This document shows, piece by piece, positions 8,132 to 16,404 of a DNA stretch of 64,000 nucleotides. The notes beneath the pieces are model-generated. The model saw only the letters and a list, made by a program, of their open reading frames with translations. It searched no databases and had not been told where the DNA came from. Numbering within the stretch: position 1 is the first letter of the stretch; every line of letters starts with the position of its first letter. Source of the DNA: Pseudomonadota bacterium (GTDB lineage Bacteria > Bdellovibrionota > UBA1018 > CAIMNF01). The stretch covers positions 177,252-241,251 of the forward strand of contig JAIYBN010000004.1 of NCBI GenBank assembly GCA_027488515.1, given 5' to 3'. A program made the position numbers and the translations under genes.

Positions 8132-9061
8132 TCACTTTCTTTTGGGTGAGAATTTTTTAGGCGTGATCTTGTTGGAGGAGGCCTTGATCGGGGAGATCTT
8201 CTTCGGAGTGATTTTCGAAGGACGGCCTTTGCGCTTCCTGTCAGCGTCCGATTTCAGCGCTGCTTCAGACAGGGCCTTCACCTTCGCCTCTTTGGCGCCC
8301 ACCAGTTTTTCGATCTTTTTCTTCGCGAGTTCCGGCTGGGTGAGCAGGGCTTTTACCGAAGAGGGCTCGAGGCGTTTGTAGGCTCCGGGTTGGAGCGATT
8401 CGGCCGAGATGTGCCCGATTGCGACGCGTGCCACTTTTTCGGGGAAGAAGCCTTTCAGCTCGAAATACTTCCGAACATCGATCGCGCCCATTCCTTCAAA
8501 GGAGATCTCAATCAGGGCATTTCTCGTGTAAGCCTCGACCACCCGGACATGGTACGGTTGCATGACGCGGCCTTCGATCCGACCTCCTCGGGCCAAGCGA
8601 GCGAGATCTTCCTGCGAGGGAGTCCGATCGACCTTGACCTGGTAGCGTCTCACGATGTTTTTTGACTTGAGGATCTGTTGAGTGAGTTCTCCGTCGTTGG
8701 TCAGGAGAATGGCGCCTTCGCCGGCATAATCCATGCGGCCGACCGTGAACACACGCTCTTTGATCCTCGGGATCAGGTTTTTCAGAGTGGTGCGCCCTTC
8801 TTCGTCCTCGGCGACCATGGCAATCACATGTTTCGGTTTGTAGATGAGGTAATAGACTCTCTGGGATGGAGCGCTAAGGAGCTTCCCTTTGACCTTGATC
8901 GCGTCCTGACCGAGTTCGGCCTTGTCACCGAGGACCGCCACTTTTCCGTTCACGGTGACGAGACCGTCACGGATCCATTCTTCGGCTGTCCGGCGCGAGG
9001 CAATCCCCGCTTGAGCGATGAGTTTTTGAAGGCGTTCGGCGCCTTTGGATGAAGAGGACAT
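8132..9061 (-). CDS. rluB: 23S rRNA pseudouridine synthase, RluB/RsuA family, with Lys-rich C-terminal tail
   Basis: S4 domain (LQKLIAQAGIASRRTAEEWIRDGLVTVNG) plus pseudouridine synthase core (YYLIYKP ... RMDYAGEGAILLTNDGEL). About 60-aa tail with repeats KITPKKISPIK/KITPKKFSPKRK. Confidence 0.85.
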   Translation of the reverse strand: MSSSSKGAERLQKLIAQAGIASRRTAEEWIRDGLVTVNGKVAVLGDKAELGQDAIKVKGKLLSAPSQRVYYLIYKPKHVIAMVAEDEEGRTTLKNLIPRIKERVFTVGRMDYAGEGAILLTNDGELTQQILKSKNIVRRYQVKVDRTPSQEDLARLARGGRIEGRVMQPYHVRVVEAYTRNALIEISFEGMGAIDVRKYFELKGFFPEKVARVAIGHISAESLQPGAYKRLEPSSVKALLTQPELAKKKIEKLVGAKEAKVKALSEAALKSDADRKRKGRPSKITPKKISPIKASSNKITPKKFSPKRK

Positions 9062-9187
9062 GAGACCTTTCCGCCCTGCCTTCCCGGCAGTGCTGTTGTT
9101 TTGACGGTCATAGCCCGTCAGGTCAAAAAAATCAAGTCAACTCAAAGATTTACATGTCTGACTCCCTCGGGCCATAATTGGAAAAGC

Positions 9188-10567
9188 ATGAATCAAGCCC
9201 AAAATTCCGAACAAAACATCGATGTGCTCCTGGTTTTCACGGAGATGGCCGTTCTGGATTCGGTTCACAAAGAGGTCGAGGACCATTTCAAGCGGCCGAT
9301 CGCGGCAGCAAGATTCCAGAACTTGTTGGATGCTGTCGATCATCTCGAAAAAACCGGCAAGAAATACGGATTGATCGTGTTTGAACACCGGTCCAGTTCG
9401 TTGACCATTCTGCGGGCGTTTCTCGAATTGGGTGGGAATGGCGCGTACGTTTTGTGTGGTCTGGATCCGAAAATCGTCCAGGGGCTGGAAGGATCCGACA
9501 CCACGATTGAATTCATCCAGGCCGATGCGGTTTTGAGTGAGCTTCCGAAAACGATCAACCGCCTGGAAGTGACCGGTCGGATGCCGATGATGCATCGGGA
9601 GGAGTCCGAGTACATCCTGGTCCGCCCGGATTACCTGCCCTCGATGGGCCCGCTCGAAGCCACGGTGTACGCGCAGTTGATCGACGGGCATTATGTTCCG
9701 GTATTCAACCAGGGAGACCTGGTCGAAAAACAGGAGGTGGAGAAATTCCTCGAGTCGAAGAAGCTCACTCACTTCTATTTCAGACGCGAAGATTGCGCCG
9801 GCATTCTCGGAAGCCGCCAAAAAGATCTGGATCGTGCCCTTTCCAAGGAACCGATCGACGAGAAAGCGACCACCAAAGCGATCGAGCGCGGGCACAGCAT
9901 GGTCCGGGACGTCGTCGCGACGATGGGATTCACCCCGGAGGCCCAGAAAGTCGCCGTGAGCAGCGTGAGCGCCACCATCAAGTTGATGGGTGCCAAGCCC
10001 AAATTGAGCACCATCCTGGTGGATCTGAAGAACAAAGACGGGAACTACCTCACCGCCCACAGTCTGATGCTCGGGAAAGTCTGTTGTGCTTTGGCTTTCA
10101 AGATCGGCTGGACCTCCAATACGACCTATTTCAAGCTCACCCTCGCGGCATTCTTGCACGACCTCCCCTTGAGCAACGACAAGCTGGCCACGGTGTTCTC
10201 ACTCGACAAGGCGTCCGAGTCGGGGAACTTCTCGACCGATGAGCTGAAGGAAATCCGGATGCATTCGAACAAGGCCGCCGACCATGCCCGGAGCATGAGC
10301 GAGGTGCCCTCGGATGTGGAGCAGATCGTGGCCCAGCATCACGAGCGCCCGGACGGGACGGGCTTTCCGCGTGGATTGAACTCGAAATTCATCACGCCGC
10401 TCTCGGCCCTGTTCATCATCGCCCAGGACATCATCGAATACAGCCAGACGTTCAAGAACAAAGAGGTCGATCTGGCTTCCTACTACGACGCCCGTGAGGC
10501 TTATTTCAACTCAGGTGTGTTCAAAAAGATCATCCACGCCCTGAAACACGACCTGAAAATCCTTTAG
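9188..10567 (+). CDS. HD-GYP-type phosphodiesterase variant (HHExxDGxGFP) with N-terminal pseudo-receiver region
   Basis: HD motif LAAFLHDLPL and AQHHERPDGTGFPRGL, which is the HD-GYP signature with Y to F. The N-terminal 180 aa is REC-like but lacks the acidic pocket and phospho-Asp. Start chosen at ATG 9188. Confidence 0.7.
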   Translation: MNQAQNSEQNIDVLLVFTEMAVLDSVHKEVEDHFKRPIAAARFQNLLDAVDHLEKTGKKYGLIVFEHRSSSLTILRAFLELGGNGAYVLCGLDPKIVQGLEGSDTTIEFIQADAVLSELPKTINRLEVTGRMPMMHREESEYILVRPDYLPSMGPLEATVYAQLIDGHYVPVFNQGDLVEKQEVEKFLESKKLTHFYFRREDCAGILGSRQKDLDRALSKEPIDEKATTKAIERGHSMVRDVVATMGFTPEAQKVAVSSVSATIKLMGAKPKLSTILVDLKNKDGNYLTAHSLMLGKVCCALAFKIGWTSNTTYFKLTLAAFLHDLPLSNDKLATVFSLDKASESGNFSTDELKEIRMHSNKAADHARSMSEVPSDVEQIVAQHHERPDGTGFPRGLNSKFITPLSALFIIAQDIIEYSQTFKNKEVDLASYYDAREAYFNSGVFKKIIHALKHDLKIL

Positions 10568-11979
10568 TCGTTCGTCAGCTCTTCGGTGGGTGATTCTTCT
10601 TTGGATGCATGAAGTCCTGCGATCTGGGCCAACTCGTCGGCACTCAGGGTTTCAGGATCTTCTTGAACCGGTTCGCCTCCGGCAAGGGTCGTATTCATCT
10701 TGAACTCCGCCATGAGGATCGCTTCCGCTTCCTCTCCGACGATCCCTTGGTCGGCCAGTTCTTTTTGGCGGGTCAGGTAAGGCGTCGAGATGTCGATCGA
10801 CTTCACCCGGTCACGGATCTCCTGGAGGATCCGTTCGTCTTCACGGGCGTCATAGTCGAGATGATTCGACTCGGTCTTCATCTGATTCACCATTTTACGC
10901 ATCTGGAGAACACGCGGATCTTCGGCCCCTTCTTCGGCTGCGGCCATCTGGGGAACCATCGCCTCGATCTCACGAAGAGGAGGAAGTCCCTTCAGGTCCA
11001 TCAACCCGAAGACTTCGAGGAAGGTGTCGGTGGTGGAGTAAATCATGGGTCTGCCGGCAGCTTCGGAACGGCCCGAGACTTCAACGAGCTTACGATCGAG
11101 CAGGGTACGGATGAAGTGGGAGCTGTCCACACCCCGGACCTGATCGATGTCGTCTTTGGTGCAGGGCTGTTTGTAGGCGACGATGGTCAGGGTTTCCATC
11201 GCCCCACGGGAAAGACGCTGGATCTGTACTTTTGCCAGCTTACGGAGCAAAGGGGCCTTCGAGGTCTTCGTCCTGAACTGGTACCCGCCTGCGATTTCGG
11301 CGATCTCAAATCCGCGCGAAGCGGTCTGATAGCTTTCTTTCAGGAGGCTGATCGCTTCGAGCAGAGGCTCGTCCGAAGCTTCGGGCATTTCGAGCATGTC
11401 TTTCATGCGCTTCAAGCTGACCGGACGGTCCGAATAGAAGAGAAGGGTGTCGATGCAGCTTTGCAAGTCATCGAGGTCGTAGTTCCCTGATGCGTCCGGC
11501 TTGGGAAGTGCGGCCCGGAGCGCGGCGTCTTCCTCGCTCATTTCTTCCTCGGACGGAGTCTCATCCCCGTCCTCGACTGAAGCGGCATTTTCCTGGGCGA
11601 TTTTTGTTTCGAGAAGACGGTCTTCTTCGATGAAGACCTGGTTCAAGGCCTTCAGCTCCTCGGCGGTCTCGAGCGAAAGGGCTTCCATGACTTCGAGTTG
11701 CTCGACTTCCTGTTTCTCGACAGCAGCGGCGATCCGTTCGAGGTTTTCATTGCTTTCTTGAGCGTCGAAGCCCTCGAGAACGTCTTTCTGGAGCTCAGGG
11801 TCCTCGTTCAGTTCCTCGAGAATCAAACGGGCTTCCTCGTCGAGGTCTCCGTCCATTCCGGCCTGGGCTTTCCTGAGCTCGCCGATGTCGATTACGCTCG
11901 AACCGGGTACGAAGGCGAGTGCTTCATCGGTGGAAGGTTCTTGGGCGAGGTTTTCGTTCTGGGAGTTGTGGTCGCTCAT
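10564..11979 (-). CDS. scpB: segregation and condensation protein B (ScpB) with long acidic N- and C-terminal extensions
   Basis: ScpB core (GFEIAEIAGGYQFRTK ... ETLTIVAYKQPCTKDDIDQVRGVDSSHFIRTLLDRKLVEVSGR ... GRPMIYSTTDTFLEVFGL) embedded in a 471-aa protein. Typical ScpB is about 180-200 aa. ATGA-coupled to scpA. Confidence 0.8.
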   Translation of the reverse strand: MSDHNSQNENLAQEPSTDEALAFVPGSSVIDIGELRKAQAGMDGDLDEEARLILEELNEDPELQKDVLEGFDAQESNENLERIAAAVEKQEVEQLEVMEALSLETAEELKALNQVFIEEDRLLETKIAQENAASVEDGDETPSEEEMSEEDAALRAALPKPDASGNYDLDDLQSCIDTLLFYSDRPVSLKRMKDMLEMPEASDEPLLEAISLLKESYQTASRGFEIAEIAGGYQFRTKTSKAPLLRKLAKVQIQRLSRGAMETLTIVAYKQPCTKDDIDQVRGVDSSHFIRTLLDRKLVEVSGRSEAAGRPMIYSTTDTFLEVFGLMDLKGLPPLREIEAMVPQMAAAEEGAEDPRVLQMRKMVNQMKTESNHLDYDAREDERILQEIRDRVKSIDISTPYLTRQKELADQGIVGEEAEAILMAEFKMNTTLAGGEPVQEDPETLSADELAQIAGLHASKEESPTEELTND

Positions 11980-12785
11980 GCTGGTGTTTCTCCTGTTCGG
12001 ACGTAATCAAAGCCGGAAGCCTGGTGCAGATCCATTTCGTCGATTTTTTCGAGCAATTCGACATAAATCGGATCGAAGGTTTTTTCTTGGTGGATTTTGA
12101 GTTTCTTCAACCGGGAAAGCTCGAGTGAAGCCAGGAATCCGACCACCCATTCCCCCTTCAGTTTCTTGTCGGCGATCAAGGTCTCGAGAGCCGTGATCTG
12201 CTTCGGGGTGAGGCGGTTTCCGAATTCTTTGAGTTTTTCCGACAGGGAGACGGTCTCTTTCTTCATCACCACGCGGGCACGGCGCTGCTCGCGGATCAGG
12301 AGATCCTGGTAGGTGGTGGCGATGCTGCTGACATTCATCTCTTTCCAGATCTTCTCGACCGGGGGACGCTTGTTCGGCCGGGTGAACACGTCGTGACCGA
12401 GCAGGGGATTCTCGGCGACTCTCCCCGCCATTTCCAGGTACCGCTGCCGCATCAGGAGCTGTTGGACCAACTCCTCCTGGGTCAGAGGGATCTCGATGTC
12501 GGCAGTGTCCGCCTGACCGTCGTCCTCTTTGGGCATGAGGGCTTTGGATTTCCAGAGGATCAGGGTCGCCGCCATGAGAAGGAACTCTGACGCGATGTCG
12601 AAATCCATCTCCTGCATGAGCTTCAGGGCTTGCAGGTATTGGTCGGTGATCTTGGAAATCGAGACTCCGGAAATGTCGAGTTCCTGGCTCTGGATCAGAT
12701 AGAGCATCAGGTCGAGTGGACCCTCGAATTGTTCCAGCCGGATGGTGAACGGGCGCGTTGAAGGTGCTGGGGCTGTCAGACTCAT
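11976..12785 (-). CDS. scpA: segregation and condensation protein A (ScpA)
   Basis: N-terminal ScpA signature FEGPLDLMLYLIQSQELDISGVSISKITDQYL. Start at ATG 12785, 4 nt after the trpS stop. ATGA overlap with scpB. Confidence 0.8.
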   Translation of the reverse strand: MSLTAPAPSTRPFTIRLEQFEGPLDLMLYLIQSQELDISGVSISKITDQYLQALKLMQEMDFDIASEFLLMAATLILWKSKALMPKEDDGQADTADIEIPLTQEELVQQLLMRQRYLEMAGRVAENPLLGHDVFTRPNKRPPVEKIWKEMNVSSIATTYQDLLIREQRRARVVMKKETVSLSEKLKEFGNRLTPKQITALETLIADKKLKGEWVVGFLASLELSRLKKLKIHQEKTFDPIYVELLEKIDEMDLHQASGFDYVRTGETPA

Positions 12786-12789
12786 GACG

Positions 12790-13812
12790 CTATTCTCGAA
12801 CGAATCCGAGCCGTTTGTAAACCTCGGAGAGTGTTTTTTCTGCACGAGCTCTCGCCGCAGTGCGTCCTTGTTTCAGGATGCCTTCCAAGTAAGCACGATC
12901 CTTGAGGATTGCTTCGGTTCTCTCCCGGATTGGACGCAGGTGTTCAACGGCAATGTTCGCCGTGTCAACCTTCAGGTAGCCGTATTGCTTCCCCACATAG
13001 CGCTGAAGCACCGTGTTGTAGTCCTGATTCAGAAAAGAGGCCTGGATTTGGATCAGATTCCGGACCCCGGCGGACTGTTCTTCCGAACGGACCTCCGAGC
13101 CGGAGTCGGTGACGGCCCGTTTGAACTTCTTTTCGATTTCCTTGTCCGAATCACTCAAAAACACGCAGGCTCCCGGGGCGGGATCGGACTTGGACATTTT
13201 CGATTCCGGATCCTGAAGGCTCATCACGCGGGCACCGGTCTTGGCGATCATCGGTTCAGGAACACGGAAAAGTGCGGACTCCTCTCCGGACGAGGATTCG
13301 GGGAATCGGTGGTTCATCCGTTCGGCGAGGTCGCGGGTCAGTTCGAGGTGCTGTTTCTGGTCCTCTCCCACTGGCACGAGATGCGTCCCGTACAGGAGGA
13401 TGTCGGCCGCCATCAACACAGGATAAGTGAAGAGCCCGGTCGGGATATGGGACCCGTGTTTCTGGCTTTTGTCCTTGTACTGGGTCATGCGGGAGAGTTC
13501 CCCCATGCTCGAGTGGCAGGTCAGGACCCAGGCGAGCTCGGCATGTTCGGGAACCTGGGACTGGACGAACAGGACGGCCTTGGCGGGATCGATGCCACAA
13601 GCGATGTAGGAGGCGATGGACCGGTAGGTATTTTCGCGAAGGGCCAGGGGATCCTGTTCAACGGTGATGGAGTGCAAATCGACCGCAAAAAAGATGCAGT
13701 CGTACTCGTCGAGGTAGGGAATCCAGTTCCGGACCGCACCGAGGTAGTTGCCGATGTGCATCGAGTTGGTAGGTTGGACGGCGGACAGTACGGTCTTGCG
13801 TGTGGCGTTCAT
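12790..13812 (-). CDS. trpS: tryptophan--tRNA ligase
   Basis: Class I HIGN motif (SMHIGNYLG) and KMSKS. 340 aa. Confidence 0.9.
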   Translation of the reverse strand: MNATRKTVLSAVQPTNSMHIGNYLGAVRNWIPYLDEYDCIFFAVDLHSITVEQDPLALRENTYRSIASYIACGIDPAKAVLFVQSQVPEHAELAWVLTCHSSMGELSRMTQYKDKSQKHGSHIPTGLFTYPVLMAADILLYGTHLVPVGEDQKQHLELTRDLAERMNHRFPESSSGEESALFRVPEPMIAKTGARVMSLQDPESKMSKSDPAPGACVFLSDSDKEIEKKFKRAVTDSGSEVRSEEQSAGVRNLIQIQASFLNQDYNTVLQRYVGKQYGYLKVDTANIAVEHLRPIRERTEAILKDRAYLEGILKQGRTAARARAEKTLSEVYKRLGFVRE

Positions 13813-13821
13813 GTCGGGGTT

Positions 13822-14724
13822 TTACCAAAGGTAGGATCGGAAGATCCAGTCGCTTTTCGGATAGAGGACGGCGTCGACTTCGGCTTCTTCCGAATATTCG
13901 TTGCCGGCGTCCTCGAGGCATGCAGAAGTGTCGAGGATGGTACCCGGCGCCAGGCGGGCATTCCGGTCGCAGAGCGAGCGGAGCTCCTGAACCGGTACCG
14001 AGATCACGATGACCCGCCCGGGACCCGGAGTGCCTTCATCCGGTGTCGCAAAGGATCGGGCCACGGTCGGATCGGAGGAGAAGGAGATCAGCGGATCAAT
14101 GCCGGTGTCCCGCCCGTCCGGTTCGCGGTAATATAGATAAGACGCTTCAACGTGGAATGAGTAGGCCGTGAAAGCGGCCGGCTTCGGTGACTTCAGGTTG
14201 TCATAAGGGCGGATGGTTTCCTCGCCTGAGCGCCAGACCCATCCCGGCTTCCCGCCCGGGCTCGCTTTGAGGAGTACCGGTTCCGACTGGGGGCCGTACT
14301 CGAAGTACCGGAGGACTCCGAGTGACTTCACAAACCTTTCCATGAGCGCCTCGGCACCGAGGGTACCCGTGTAGCGGCTCCCCTTCAGGTGAGCCCGGTA
14401 GAGGGCCGAAGTGGATGCGAGTTCGAAGGCCTGATCTTCGCCCCGGAAAAAGAGGGCCCGGTCTTTACGGCATTTCGAACCGGGGAAGGCCTCACACTCG
14501 GTGATGCGGCACTGGGCCGAAGGGGAATCTCCGCACTTCGCACGGTGGAGCTCCACGAGTCGGTTCACGGAGTCGCGCCCCGGTTCGGCCCGTTCACGGA
14601 GCAAGTGGACGCTCCGTTCTGCATCGGACCAATGGAGGTCCGGATCCGTACCGGCCCGGGCACCGCCCGAGGCCAACACCATTCCGAGAAAGAATCCGGA
14701 CAAAAAACGGGGCAAGCTCAACAT
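13822..14724 (-). CDS. hypothetical secreted protein
   Basis: 300 aa. Signal peptide MLSLPRFLSGFFLGMVLASGGARA. Cys-containing N-terminal region. No recognisable catalytic motif. Confidence 0.55.
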   Translation of the reverse strand: MLSLPRFLSGFFLGMVLASGGARAGTDPDLHWSDAERSVHLLRERAEPGRDSVNRLVELHRAKCGDSPSAQCRITECEAFPGSKCRKDRALFFRGEDQAFELASTSALYRAHLKGSRYTGTLGAEALMERFVKSLGVLRYFEYGPQSEPVLLKASPGGKPGWVWRSGEETIRPYDNLKSPKPAAFTAYSFHVEASYLYYREPDGRDTGIDPLISFSSDPTVARSFATPDEGTPGPGRVIVISVPVQELRSLCDRNARLAPGTILDTSACLEDAGNEYSEEAEVDAVLYPKSDWIFRSYLW

Positions 14725-14792
14725 AGGAGCGGAATTCTACCCATTTTTTACATGCAAGTCATGTAAAAAAACTCTAAATGGATTCCGTGGAA

Positions 14793-15464
14793 TCAGAGCA
14801 GGCCGAAAAGGCGGGCGTTCCATTCGAGGGTCAGCATCCCCAAAAATTGCACGGGAACTCCGAGGAAATTGATCGCCCCGGTGAGGATCAGGGCGAGGAG
14901 GATGAATGTGCTGTACTGGGCGACTTGCTCGTAACGTTGCATGGCCGGATAAGAAAGCGTGCTTTCGATGATTTTGCTGCCGTCGAGGGGGGGGATCGGA
15001 AGCAGGTTGAAAATCCCGAGACCGAAGTTGATGTACACGCCGTTCTTCAGCATTTCAGTGAATTCGCGTTGAAACATGAAATCCGGGGGTGCGAAACGGA
15101 GCAATACCATGCAGAGGAATCCGCAAAAAAAAGCGGTGATGGCATTGGCCAAAGGACCGGCCAGGGCCACCCAGAACAGTCCGGGTCGGAATTTCTTGAA
15201 CCTCCGCGGATCGATCGGGACCGGACGGGCCCATCCGAACAACAAAGGAAGTCCGGTGATCATGCCGAGGATCGGGAACAGCAGGGTTCCGATCGGATCG
15301 ATGTGAGGAACAGGACTCAAGGTGAGGCGACCTGAATCCTTCGCCGTGGAATCCCCCCACAGGTTGGCTGCGAATCCGTGTCCGAATTCATGGACCACCA
15401 CACCGAGCAGGAAGGGGACGAACTGGGAACCGAGCCGCAGCAAGCCTTCTTGGAGACTGTTCAT
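14793..15464 (-). CDS. site-2 protease family (M50) membrane zinc metalloprotease
   Basis: HEFGH zinc motif in the first TM helix, multiple TM segments and a downstream LDG-type motif (PLDGSKI). Confidence 0.75.
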   Translation of the reverse strand: MNSLQEGLLRLGSQFVPFLLGVVVHEFGHGFAANLWGDSTAKDSGRLTLSPVPHIDPIGTLLFPILGMITGLPLLFGWARPVPIDPRRFKKFRPGLFWVALAGPLANAITAFFCGFLCMVLLRFAPPDFMFQREFTEMLKNGVYINFGLGIFNLLPIPPLDGSKIIESTLSYPAMQRYEQVAQYSTFILLALILTGAINFLGVPVQFLGMLTLEWNARLFGLL

Positions 15465-15498
15465 CTGTTCTCTATACCGGAAAGGGCCGGGGGTCGCA

Positions 15499-16398
15499 TC
15501 ATTTTTTACCCCGGGGGTGGTATTGGTCGATCACTTGACGAAGGGCCTCCGGAACGATGTGTGTGTAAATCTGGGTGGTTTGCAGGTCCGCATGTCCGAG
15601 AAGGCTTTGGAGGGAGCGGAGGTTCATCCCGGCCCGCAACAAATCACTCGCAAAGGTATGACGAAGCATGTGGGGATGGAGATTCACGGGCACGCCGCCC
15701 AGTGTCGCAAGGCGTTTGAGCGTTTTCCAGAACGCCTGACGCGTGAGAGGGAGTCCCGTCTGTCCGAGGAACAATCGATCGCTTCTCGGTTCGAAGAGCG
15801 GACGTCCCCGTTCGAGGTACTCGAGCACCAGTTCTCCTGCAACGGGTGCGAACGGGATCACGCGCTCCTTGTTGCGTTTACCGAGAACGCGGATCAGTCC
15901 GGCTTCAGTGTCGATCCGGGTCCGCTCGAGTCCGATCAGTTCGGAGACCCGGACTCCTGTGGCGTACAGGAGGTACACCATGGCACGGTCCCGGATCCGA
16001 AGTGCGTCACCGATCGCCCCCTGGTACGGGATCCCGCGATCTACCGAGAGGAGGAGTGCCGCCACCGCACGCTCGTCGAGAGCCTTCGGAAGCTTCTTGG
16101 GGAGTGTCGGGCTACCGATGAAGAGTGTGGGATCCTCGGAAACGAGGTCTTCCCTCAGGAGGAATTTGTAGAATTGTTTCAGAGCCGAGATCTTCCTTGC
16201 GATCGAGGCGGCCTTCTGGTTCCGGTCACGGAGTATCGCGAGCCACTGTTCGATATCGGCGTCTTTCCTGGAGATCAAAGGAGTCCCGGAAGATCCGGCG
16301 AACTGGACCAAGTCGCGCCCGTAGGAGTCGAGGGTGTGCGAAGAGGCACCTTTGTCGATCCGAAGGTGGCGGATGAACATCTCGACCAGAGGATCCAT
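15499..16398 (-). CDS. tyrosine recombinase XerC/XerD family
   Basis: Phage-integrase fold. R...HxxR...Y catalytic residues (LRHTFASDLLRAGMNLRSLQSLLGHADLQTTQIYTH). 299 aa, the size of XerC/D. Start lies 6 nt after the Snf2 stop. Confidence 0.8.
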   Translation of the reverse strand: MDPLVEMFIRHLRIDKGASSHTLDSYGRDLVQFAGSSGTPLISRKDADIEQWLAILRDRNQKAASIARKISALKQFYKFLLREDLVSEDPTLFIGSPTLPKKLPKALDERAVAALLLSVDRGIPYQGAIGDALRIRDRAMVYLLYATGVRVSELIGLERTRIDTEAGLIRVLGKRNKERVIPFAPVAGELVLEYLERGRPLFEPRSDRLFLGQTGLPLTRQAFWKTLKRLATLGGVPVNLHPHMLRHTFASDLLRAGMNLRSLQSLLGHADLQTTQIYTHIVPEALRQVIDQYHPRGKK

Positions 16399-16404
16399 AT
16401 CCGG

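Noticed and set aside
12742-14136. 464-aa + strand ORF
   Set aside because: Antisense to trpS and the secreted-protein gene. trpS has unmistakable HIGN/KMSKS motifs on the - strand.
15499-16398. Tyrosine recombinase as a possible mobile-element integrase
   Set aside because: Its size and motifs fit XerC/XerD. It is embedded in a same-strand run with trpS-scpAB and flanked by GC-typical core genes. No att repeats or phage genes were seen. It is more likely the chromosomal dimer-resolution recombinase, though this is not proven.
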